From assembly GCA_900617105.1 (NCBI GenBank), contig UYFQ01000028.1:1-62256 (forward strand): a stretch of 62,256 nucleotides of DNA. Direction: 5' to 3'. This DNA is from Hydrurus foetidus. Taxonomy: Eukaryota. Below the pieces are notes generated by a model. That model was not told the DNA's origin. It saw nothing but the letters and a program-made list of their open reading frames with translations, and ran no database searches. Positions 47,958-58,500 of the stretch are shown piece by piece. The position numbers and the translations under genes are program-made. Every line of letters starts with the position of its first letter. The first letter of the stretch is position 1.

Positions 47958-48655
47958 CTGCGTAGGAGCAAAGGGTATTTTGAGAAACCCTAGACCCTAG
48001 ATAGGGACCCTTGCCAGCATCCGACCCTAGACCCTAGATAGGGTGCCCGTCTAGGGTTTCCCAGATGTGTGATCAGTAGATTTATTGCGTTTTGATATCC
48101 TTAAAATCATTTAAAAAAGTTAATTGTATAGTGTTGTACGTCCGACGCCCTGCACGCAGGGTGCCGGGTCCGAGTCACGCCTCGGTCGCACTTTTTTATG
48201 CTGTTAAATCATATTTTTTATTCTCTGTCTGTGTTTAATGTTTAATCTGTCTGATCTGTCTGATCTGTCTTTGAATCGGTCGTCGGCCACCATTTCGATG
48301 ACAGATAATTGTTAAATTACACGGGCATTCAATGATTCAAATTAACAGATTGGCTGCTGTATCAAGTAGTAAAAACAACGCATTTCTGCCTTGATCTTGA
48401 ATTTCGCTATCATAGTCATCATCTGAATCCTCTTCATTTACCGCTTGCGCCGCTATTTCTTCTTCCTCTTCGGCTACTATTGCACCTAATTCCTCGTGTT
48501 CTTCCTGAATCTCGAGCACTCTCTCGCGCAGACACTCCATATACGGGCTTTCCTTGTTATAGCTCTCGTTTTTGGTCTCCATTTTATACAAGGTGTCTAG
48601 TTCCATGTACGCACTAGTAACTTCATGAGACTGCCTGTTGCTTTATTCTTTTTTA
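47958..48655 (-). mobile_element. Unclassified insertion, possibly the 3' end of a DNA transposon
   Basis: Absent from the other array units. Acidic ORF tail at 48337-48606 (-). Subterminal direct repeats ACCCTAGACCCTAGATAGGG x2 overlapping an inverted repeat GAAACCCTAGAC/GTCTAGGGTTTC. Confidence 0.4.
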
Positions 48656-48789
48656 TTCATTTTTATTTCTTTTTCATGTTCTCATCTTGTTCATTCCTGA
48701 GAGTCAGAAATGAAAAATGAAAAGTGATCGAAGTTAAGAAGCGGAGCGGGATTTGATAACTGACAGAGGAAGTTGAGAATAGTTCTGAG
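48656..48789 (+). repeat. ~130-bp duplicate of the array-unit end (47829-47957)
   Basis: Near-identical sequence ending at the same GAGAATAGTTCTGAG. Confidence 0.9.
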
Positions 48790-49290
48790 TTCTGACATGC
48801 GAAACATACGGAGAAAAAATCCTCAAAATGTCGACGTTCAAAATAATTCCACCCAAGTTCTACCCCGAGGATTTGAGGATTTCTGGAATTTGATTGACGC
48901 AGGGAACCTGTGCACTCGCGGATTGGGTTCTCTGGATTGAAGTCGGCTCAGAACGGTCGGAGGTCGGTTTTTTATTTTCCCCGTATAAATTCGAAGGAAG
49001 AATTGGATTTCTTATGGAATTACAAGCTGAATTCCAGGACTCAGCACAGAAGACCACAGCACAGAGCAGAGCAGATATAGGAAACGAAAGGGAGTTCGGT
49101 TTCAGTTTTGAGTGCACACGTACCCACAACTTTACACGGTTCTGTGCACCTTGATGACAACTCAACTGCTGGAGATCATTCAGTTTGCAGCACTGTTTGC
49201 AACCACATGCTAAGCAGAACTAGACTAGAACCCACACTGTTGAGTATAGTTTGCAACACGCTGTATAAGTAAAAGAGTTTTTCAAGTGAC

Positions 49291-50823
49291 ATGAACCCTC
49301 TTTCTTTGATACAATCCGAGCTAGGCGGTGCTGCGACGGCTCTCAGCTTGCTTGCAAGTCTGGCGAGCTCGCAACATCGAAACAATGTGGACAGCGGGTT
49401 AATGCCTGTGTACGGGGAACTCCCAGCTACATCCGTCGTTTCCTTGAAAGCTTTAGCGGCTTTCTCCGAAGGAGGGGAGTACGAAGGGGAGGGTCCTCTT
49501 CGACTCAGTTTCAACTCGAGTATGCGCGAGTGGCAAGAGATGGGAAAGAAGTCTTTCTTCCTATTACCTGCCGTACCGCCAGGGGAAGGAGTCGGACTCA
49601 CGATGAAGTTTCTCGACAACTCTGCGGTACAGCTGTGGCAGTTGCAGGGAAAACCGTCAAGCGCGACGACCCACGCGATGCTGATTGGACTGACCGGGAA
49701 CGGGCTGCAGCCAGAGGGTGCGTTGATGATTGGAGCGCGGGTGGTCTTCGCGACACCGGCAGCTTTTCTGTCAGCTGAGGAGGACTTGGAGAGAGTAGCA
49801 GTGCAGAAAGCGGCAATGTGGGCTTCGAAGGAGAGGAGTCTCGCAGACAATACCCCAGAAGCTGAGGACACTGGGGCAGATGAAAGCCCGGAGAAGCGTA
49901 TGCGGTGCAGCCTGCAGGACAGTAGGGGAGTGCAGGGCCAAGGTGAGAAAAAGGATAGTACGGTAATGATAGTGGATTTGGAGGGTGGTTTGCACGCAAC
50001 GAGGTTGAAGAAGAATCTTGCGGGGAGAGAGAAGGAGCTGGGTGTGGTGTTCAGGGTGTGTGCCAAGGAGAGATGGCCCCATATAATGGGAACTGAGTGC
50101 GTTCTCCAAGTGGAGGAATACGCTCGGGTGATCATTGAGCAATGTACATTCAGACATAGTGAACGAGATGACGGTTTCGAGACCTGCGGTCTTCTTGATC
50201 GGATTTGGAACCTGAATTTCTCGGAGGACAAACTGCTTCTCAAGAAGCTCTTAACTGGGGAGTTTGGAGGTCCCTTGGAGGATGCACTGGACCTGCAGGA
50301 AGATCTGTCAAGATTCCCATCGAGGCAACACCGTGTCCCCAGCAAAACAGAGCGCTAGTGCATGCACTGAAGAACATGGAGCTTGTGCTCGAGGTCTTCT
50401 ACGGCCCTGCTTTTAACGGGACAACCGTGTTCTTCATTAAGAGAGACAATCAGTGCATCTCCTAACCAACTCTCGAGGTCTTCAGTGCCCACAACCTCAT
50501 TGAGAGACATCAGCTCTCCAACCAAATGTGCCGCTCACTTCACCACGATGCTCAAGGACTTCATCAGCATGGTGGACACACAGGAGAAGCTGAACGAGGC
50601 CATGTCCAGGTATCAGCTGCATGACTATAGAGGTCGGATTGGAGCCACTGCCAAGGGAGTGGCGATGCCCTTGAAGAAGGATAAGAAAGAGAAGGCGGCG
50701 GTGACATTGGTGCCGAAGCTGCAGTGCGGTGAAAACTTTGCGGGACAGCTCAAGGCGCATGACCCAAAGACATCGCGCATATTTGCCTGTCAGTATGGCG
50801 ATGCATGTCACCGGCTGGGCTGA
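49291..50823 (+). pseudogene. ORF1 (gag-like, CCCH finger) of YR retrotransposon 2
   Basis: MIVDLEGGLHATR..REKELGVVFR..EEY; C-terminal CGENFAGQL..CQYGDACH. Frame break near 50345. Confidence 0.75.
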
Positions 50824-50962
50824 GGCAAAGAAATCCGCTACTGCGGCCAATCTGGAGTACAGACATCGTCAGCCGTCGTTGGATGCACTTGGCAAAGTCA
50901 AAAGCGGCAAGGCCCGTGTATGACTGCCTATAGAGTGTGAGAGACAGAAGGAAGGGAGCGAG

Positions 50963-53051
50963 GTGGGGACACATGCGACACTGCCAGTCGTGTCCAGAGG
51001 ATTGATCTACGAAATCATGGCGATGGCAGACACCTACTTCGCACCAAGAAATCGACTGTCGCGTACCTTCCTCAAAGCGGTGGTGACAGAAGCTATAATG
51101 GCGTCGGACGACAAGTACGGGATCGAGGCAGCAGTAGCTTGGGCGGATGGGTACCCATTTCCAGCAGACATGCTTCAGAGCGACATGAAGTGTTTCCAAG
51201 CCGCACAGCTCGACTTCGTAGCAATGGTGCGGCGCCGTTTGAAGATCTTGTCTCGAGACAGGCTCAGCTCTGAGAGAGTGGAAGGACTTCGGTCGGACAA
51301 CCCAGAGAGGGCTCTGCTCTGTGACCTGGCGATAGGAATGCGAGTGCCTCTCCCACCCGATTTTCAACCCAATGGAGCACTACCGCCCAGCGCGTAGGAG
51401 TACGCACCTGAAGGTGGACTCGGTTGTGAACAAGATGCTTGGAGGAGTAGTGCAGCAGAAGCTTGCGTTTCTTCTGCCGAAGGACGTTGCAATACGATAC
51501 ATTCCAAACTTGCACTTAGGTGCTGCGCATTGGACACCCAAGAAGGGCAAGCCCAGTGGACGACCTATTGGGGATCTTACCTATGTAACTGGGACCCCTT
51601 TGAATAGCGAGGGGACGACGGCAGCAGCAGTGGAGCTGTATGGTTTCATCAAGCATCCGACTATATCAGAGATAGTCCGCATGATGATGTCGTTCTCCGA
51701 AAGAGCTGTCCGCTGCGATCCAGCCGCGCAGTGGAACAGTCTCCGCCTGTGGAAAATGGACCTTAAGGGTGCATACACGCTGCTATCGTTTCGCCCAGAG
51801 GATGCAGGACTGTTTGGCATGGAAGTCACAGGTGACCTGGTGTACCTATAGATAGCGGGGATATTTGGATGGGTGTGCACGCCTGCGGCGTTCCAAACAG
51901 CGACTCGGGCCATCAAATGGGAGCTATCCCATACCCTCAAGAGCTCAGTGGAGATGTATGTTGACGACATCATCGGAATGTGCTTCGAGGCAGACGTGGT
52001 TAAGGATCTCGCGCGTGCAAGAGAGGTCTGCACCGCGTTACTCGGGTCGTCAGCGGTAGCTGATGACAAGACTGAGTCGGGTAGACGGCTTGATATCATC
52101 GGGTTTACTGTCGATCTAGACCGGATGAGAGTATCCATCTCTAAGGAGAAGTTTTTGAACACCCTTCACGGTTTCCTCTCTGTAGATCTGGAGCATTCAA
52201 TCTCGCTTCGCGTCGCTCAGATGCTGGCATCTTGAGGAAGCCGTTACGGGTCCATATGCTGAGCTATGCGGCCGCTCAGTGCCGCACTCCACAGGATGTC
52301 GGCAGGGAGGGTAGCCAGAATGTCAACATTCGCGGTGAGCCATGAGGCAAAGATGGCCATCCGGCTATGGCGTGCTATGCTAGTGCTCGTCCGCTTCGAC
52401 GAAGAGCGGTATAGCAGACCAATGCAATCCTTCGTGAATTCAACTCCGGAGTACATTGTGGAGTTTCACGCCTCCTTGCAGGGGGTCGGGATACTGTGGT
52501 ATAAGAGAATCGACGGTGCTGAGGTCTGTTTGGGTGGCAGCGCCGTAAGCCTTAGCAGTTTGGGATTTGAAGACGATTCCTCGTACCAGAATATCTGCGA
52601 ATTTATTGGTGCGACGCTCGGACTGATCGGTCTGAGTATACTTGGGATCAGGAGTGTGGATGTCGCTATGAGAGGGGACAGCGTGTCTGCCCTAACGTGG
52701 GTGAGCACTGAGAGATATAGGGGTTCAAATGTCTCGAATGCATCCATGATGTTTACGATGCTCTGCATAAGGCAGGAACTGGTGGTGAAGGAGTCGGTAC
52801 ACATACCGGGATGCGATAAGAGTAAGTGCGACGATCTCTCTCGGCTTTGGGAGTCTGGGAAGTCAATGAAGGAGGTCTTGAAGTCGATCGGCTTGGAGGG
52901 CTGTAGGGAGGTCGATCTCCAGGGCTGTCGGCATGTTCAACGACTCCTTGCAAGCTGTAATCCATCAATCAACTTTGAGGCAGAGGCTGATTTTGTCATG
53001 TTCTGGGAAGACATTAGAGATGCCCTTGAGGGAGTGGGAGGTACTGTGTAA
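50963..53051 (+). pseudogene. RT/RNase H of YR retrotransposon 2
   Basis: HWTPKKGKPSGRPIGDL, LWKMDLKGAY, MYVDDIIG, DDSSYQNICEF. Stops at 51849, 52233, 52260. Confidence 0.9.
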
Positions 53052-53239
53052 GTGCAGTAGAGGAGAAGGAGAGAGAGAGGGAGGGAGGGAGGAAAAGGGG
53101 GAGGGAGAGGGGGAGGGAGAGAGATGTCATGAACGATGTTAACTAAATGCCCTCCAGGGCTCGGGTAGCTATTTGACACGGTCCATGGAGACCCCACTAA
53201 TCCCGTACATTCCCCCTGTATTCTGTATATTTAACAGGG

Positions 53240-53975
53240 CACTCGGGGCTAACGGAGAAGGACAGGGCCGAACTAGGAGCCTTTTTGATGAAGTCCGTAA
53301 CTGCTGGAACGGCAAGGGCCTACGACGGTCAATAGTACGGATGGTGTAACTACCTTGATAGCCTTGAGTGGGGTAAGTCACATATCTCAGGGATATGTCG
53401 AAGACTGAAAAAGCCTCTACTGTGGCACGGTACCTGCAATCACGGTACGATGAAGGTGCACGTGGTAAGAGCGCCACGTCAGTTACGGCTGGACTACAGT
53501 TGGCTTTTACTCCCTTCCAGCTTCCTGGACTGCCCAATCATTTTGGCTGCTAGGACAGCCTGCAGACTGAACACTACAGAGCTGAGGGTGAAGAGGAGCA
53601 ACGGTCAGAGTGAGACCGTGAAGCTTCCCTTTTGTGAGAGCAACCTATTCCGGATGAGCCTCCGCTTATGGGCGGGCGTTAGTTGGGATCGCAGTGGGAT
53701 AGACAAAAGGATGGTCTATCTAGCATCGATGTGGGCATATAACATGAACGCTAGGGTTAGTGAGTAAACGGCACCAAAAAGGGGTGGGGAGGACCATAGC
53801 GTGCGTGCGGGGGATTTAGATTTTGAAATGGCAAGTTGGGAGAGGAGGAAAGGAGGGCAGGCTCTGCCCTCTTTGATGCCGATCATGGGGTATTGGGTTA
53901 AGGCAGTCACTCAGAAGACGGGAACATCAATGAAGATGAAGTTGATAGGGAGGAGGACCCCGGAGGAGGGTCAGT
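53240..53975 (+). pseudogene. Tyrosine recombinase of YR retrotransposon 2, N-terminal half only
   Basis: LGAFLMKSV..AYDGQ, KLPFCES, NARVSE, KLIGRRTPEE match element 1. HSLR and catalytic Y absent. Confidence 0.85.
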
Positions 53976-54235
53976 TGTGAGTCAGACTCTGGAGTGAAGC
54001 TAGCTACCTGTTGGCTGCGGAAGCGCAAAGGAAAGACTGGCTGATGGAAGACGTGTTTACTTACAACGATCAAGTAGTAAAACAACTGGCGATGATATCA
54101 GAGAAGACAACCATCAAAGAAGCAAAGCAAAGCATCCATTGTGCATGAAATGGTGATCGCCGAAGTGCGAATGTATTCAGCGAATAGTCAAGTTGGCGAT
54201 TGGGCAACGGGCGGAACCCTCGCTGCTCATGAAAT

Positions 54236-54308
54236 CGGATGCCTGGTGAAAACCGGATACCTGGTGGAAAGCCGGATGCTTAGTGGTGAAAAACCGGATG
54301 CTTGGTGA
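54236..54308. repeat. Minisatellite, four imperfect 18-22 bp units (CGGATGCyTGGTGAAAAC)
   Basis: Directly visible tandem units without spacers. Confidence 0.8.
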
Positions 54309-54400
54309 TGGTCCCGAAGGGGGATATCGCTAGAAGAACGATGAGCGTATGTACACGACAGTGTATGGCGGTGTTTTGGGTGAGGAAGCGCTACACTACT

Positions 54401-54482
54401 TGTGACATGTGAATGCTAATCTAGAAATGAAACTATGCTAACAGATCATGCATGAATATGCTGGACTGACACTCCCCTTAGT
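54401..54482 (-). mobile_element. Possible PPT and 3' LTR start of another (Copia-like) LTR element remnant
   Basis: Minus strand TAAGGGGAG|TGTCAG resembles a PPT-LTR junction. No partner LTR in the window. Confidence 0.3.
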
Positions 54483-54744
54483 GAAGTTTTAGTTGAACGT
54501 GTTATTGAGAGTATCGAAATGAATAATATGTGTATATATACTCCCGTACTGAGGATATGCTCCCCGTACGGGAGATTTGGCAAAAAGTGTAAAAAGTTAG
54601 GTATAATACATGCGTGCACTCATATAAGATAGAAAAATTAGTACGTATGTTAGATATATGGATATTAATTATTTGTGTTATTTAATATTATGTCGTAAAG
54701 ACTTGTCGACGAGCCTTTGCGTTAGGTATTCGAAAAGTGGTAGT

Positions 54745-54949
54745 TGTGACCTTGGAGAGCAAAGAAGAAGGGAAATCTAAAGGCTAAAAGGAGCTGGTTA
54801 GTTAGGGATGCAACAGAAGGTACGCTAGTAACTTCTGCAAAGCAGCACAAACTAGCTAGTGACTAATAGCCGTGGCTGTGAACACGAAGGTACTAAGGTG
54901 GAAACAGCATCTAATCGGCTGAATGGGGTAGCAGACCCTGAGGGAGCCA
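54745..54949 (-). repeat. Putative 3' LTR of element C (~205 bp)
   Basis: Bounded by TG...CA and abuts the PPT. Length and an internal AGAAG...CTTCT hairpin match the element B LTR. The left boundary is inferred because the partner LTR is not in the window. Confidence 0.55.
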
Positions 54950-55010
54950 CTCTACCCCTACTTATCTCTCTTTTTCTCATCTCTCTCTCCCTCTCCCTCT
55001 CTCTCTCTCT
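54950..55010 (-). other. Polypurine tract of element C
   Basis: Minus strand (GA)-rich run ending GAGATAAGTAGGGGTAGAG. Confidence 0.85.
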
Positions 55011-55215
55011 ATTGGTGTGTCTCTAGCTACAATGTGTTACAAAACAAATACGACTCCAGCTTGAGAAAGCAAAATGCCGAAAAAGATAATAATAAAAAAA
55101 TAAAAATAAAATACAAAAATGCAGTAATAAATACGTACGAAGTATACAGATATTTGTACATGTGAGAGATTGGGGAAATGAGATATGAGAGTGCCTAGAT
55201 GTGTTGTATCTAAGT

Positions 55216-55332
55216 GTTCCCCTACACATTTATGTCAGATTTTTACTGACTAAACCTCCTGAAAAGCAACGTAACGTTGTAAAAATGAGGAGGAATCTTC
55301 AAAAGATAATGTGTAGGTCGTTCCTTGGGAAC
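55216..55332 (-). ncRNA. Conserved cis-acting structured RNA in the 3' UTR of element C (homologue of 3701-3812)
   Basis: Closing stem CCUACACAU/AUGUGUAGG, hairpin CUU-UUG-AAG, stem CCUCCU/AGGAGG with U5/U4 internal loop, hairpin GUCAG-UAAAAAU-CUGAC. Confidence 0.75.
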
Positions 55333-55521
55333 TTACTTTTCTGTCGGAATTATTTTCGACATGCCGTGAAGGCGTAAATATGTGTGAAGAGCGTCTGTAA
55401 GACGAAGATTCTTCCACGACTCCCACGTATTGTGTGAGTCATCAAAGTCAGTCCATTTGACTAAAAACCACATTTGTGTTTTGCGTCTGGAGTTTCTTGT
55501 GTTTTGCAATAATGGATTCAA
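55333..55521 (-). CDS. pol: Chromodomain at the end of element C integrase (frameshifted from the main ORF near 55495)
   Basis: FFIESIIAKH / WFLVKWTDFDDSHNTWESWKNL. Stop TAA at 55333-55335. Confidence 0.88.
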   Translation of the reverse strand: MNPLLQNTRNSRRKTQMWFLVKWTDFDDSHNTWESWKNLRLTDALHTYLRLHGMSKIIPTEK

Positions 55522-58500
55522 TAAAGAATTCCATATAATCGCGGCGTGCTACATCAGCAGGATCCGTATGTTTCGGATTAAAAACAAATTGTTTAAGATT
55601 ACTAATATGAAGATGTTTATGTTTCTTCGTAGTTATATCTAACAACGTATAATCAGAGTTGTGGATCGATACCACTTGAAACGGTCCCCGCCACAACGTG
55701 TGTAAACGTGTGGGCGGTTGTGTGGTGTATCTAGCCAACACATATGAACCGACGGGAAAAACCGTTATATCCTGTGGACTTGTGGCAACATGAGCCGCGT
55801 CCATTGTGCGCAAAGCAGTTTGTGCTTGGGCAATCAGGGTATCCTGGATGTTATACATCTCACAGACCACTTTTGATGCGGAAGTTTCCACTTCCGGTAA
55901 TGGTGGGAATGGTGAAAGTATGCCCGAATCAAGATTGATTTGGTTACCAAACAATAAACTTGCTGGGGAGGCATTTGTACTGCTGTGAATTGAAGAATTC
56001 AAAATGCGCTGTATAAACGGTAAGCAGTTTTTATACTGGTACACGTCGTTTGTATCATACAGGAACGAACGTAAGTACCGGTTAATTTCTTTATTAACTC
56101 GTTCAACTATAGCATTCTCTTGTTTAGAGTATGCTAGTGTCAGGTTGTGGGGTGTACCCGTTGACACTAGGAATTGTTTGATCAATTCGTTAGCAAAATG
56201 TGAACCCCGATCAGATCTGATCATTTGGGGTGCACCGTATCTTCCAAAGTGTTGGAGAAGGCAATCGGTAGCCGATTTGGCCGTATTATCAGCACACCAA
56301 AATAGTTCTGTCCATCGTGTGAAAGCACAGATGATGACAAGAACGTGTGAGGCATCGGGGAAGGGTCCGATGAAATCGATGTTTAATACATGGAAAGGTT
56401 TGTATGCAGAAGTAACGTACTTGTGTACACGTATCGGTACGCGTGTAGCGTTCATCTTCTGGCAGCACGCACATTGTTGTATAAACAAGTGGGTGTGCTG
56501 AACCATGTGTTCCCACTCAATGGGTAAGCCTAAAAGCTTTTCTACGGTGCGTTTAACGCCTCCGTGTCCGACAAACTTGTTGTGGCACATGTTGAGTGCG
56601 TCGCGCTGCGTATCAGTCATTTCTGGTATGACCTTGAGGGCGCCGCAAAACGGGCCCGGCAAGTTATCCGGTTCTGTGCCAGTGGTGGCTGGGTGAACCT
56701 TGATGACAAGGTCGGAGAGGTTAGCACAGAGGCGAGACATAGCGTCCGCGACCGTGTTCTCAGACCCTCGCACGTATGCGATAGTGTAATCAAGCTCTTG
56801 TAGAGCCATGGACCATCTCCCTACCATCGAGTTAGGGGAGGATTTCATGTACGTCAGATTTTTATGATCTGTATGAATCGTAAATTTGCGATCACGTAAT
56901 AGTGGATCAAGTTTGGTACAACACAAGTAGATAGCATAAGCTTCTTTCTGGATTGTTGACCAGTTCAACTGTGAGAAGGTGAGTGACTTACTCACAAATG
57001 AAATGGGTTTCATCTCATCTCCAACCTTTTGGAACAATACACCGCCTACACCATAATCAGATGCGTCGGTGTATAAATGTATTGGTGATACATTATCAAT
57101 GAAGTGCATCAGGGGGCATTGAGAAATGGCCTGCCTAATGTCTTGAAACGCTTTAATGGTTTCAGCATTCCAGGTTACCCTGGAATGTTTATGAGTTGTA
57201 GACACCGTCATTTTATGTAACGGTGCCACTATGTTGGAGTGGTTTGGTACGAAACCTCTAAAATAGTTCGCCAAACCGAGAAATCCCCTAAGGGCAGTGA
57301 CGGTTTTAGGGCGAGGAAAATCTAAAACAGATTTTATTTTCTCAGCCGACATAGATAACCCCTCTTTGGAGATCACACGTCCGACGTATTCGAGGCGTGT
57401 AACTCCGAACTTACATTTCTTAGCTTTCAAGAATAAATTCTTTTCTCGAAAACGGATGAAGACATCACGAAGTCTCTGCAGAAACTCGTCAGGCCCATTA
57501 CCAAATACAATGCAATCATCGAGATACATCTCACATGTTACATATAAAAGGCCCGCAAGGACAACCGTGGCCATCATCTCCTGGAAGTATGATGGGGCAC
57601 GTTTGAGGCCGAAAGGCAATCGAGTGAATTGATAAATTCCTGAGAAGCATATGAATGCAGTCAGGATTTTGGCTGATGCTGTAAGGGGTGCTTGATGGTA
57701 GCCGGACGTTAAGTCCATAACTCCAAAGATGTCAGGTTGACGAGCGCCAATGCGTTCAAACATTGCTGGAATGTTGGGGAGTGGCCAACTGGCCGACTCC
57801 GTACAGTTATTAAGTGGCCGGAAGTCAATACATACACGGTATTGTCCGGGTGACTTCTGTACTACTACAGGGTGACTGTAGTATACCGCATTAGACTTCT
57901 CAACTACCCCGATCCGTATCAGATCCTGAAGGTTATTGTGAATCGCCTCTTCCTTCTGTGAGGATTGTGGGCGGAGTGGGGTCCTGTTACCAGGTACTTC
58001 CCATTGTGCCGCCTTATGATCAATATCAAAAGGAGGTATACGGGCCGGTTCACGGGCCACCTCATCTTGAAAGATGTCAATAAATTCGGTACATAATGCT
58101 CTGCATGCTGTTTGCAGAGCTTCCGACCCACCAAAGGTGATTGTCGAGATGACGTCGTTCGCCCTACCTGTTGGGGTAGGGTCTTTCATCAATGCAGAAA
58201 GAAACGGACCGAATGCATCCGTTTTGTCATCATCAATCTCATCTCCATTGAGATTGATTCCGCACGGCAACACGCTCGCGGCGTTAAGTGTTACTGTGTT
58301 CACTCTCGTCCCGGTCTCAGAAGGGGGGCGGTTAAGACCACTGCCCGTCCATAGCGCAGATGGACCCCACTCTTCTCCCACTGTTGGAATACGGTGGGTG
58401 CTCGAGTGACCTTCGTCTCCATTGTCAGCAGTGTCGGTAATTAGGCGACACTGTGTACAAGGACTACGCGATCCGACAGCGTCACTATGATGACAACAGA

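Larger units (their letters stand above)
48790..53975 (+). mobile_element. Tyrosine-recombinase retrotransposon 2, decayed and 3'-truncated
   Basis: ORF1, RT/RH and YR homologous to 12750-19285 in the same order. Multiple stops and frameshifts. Confidence 0.88.

Noticed and set aside
47984..48060. Telomeric repeat (AAACCCTAG)
   Set aside because: Only a few non-tandem units inside an inverted repeat; more like a transposon subterminal structure.
54236..54308. CRISPR-like repeats
   Set aside because: Adjacent degenerate units with no unique spacers, no cas genes, eukaryotic context.
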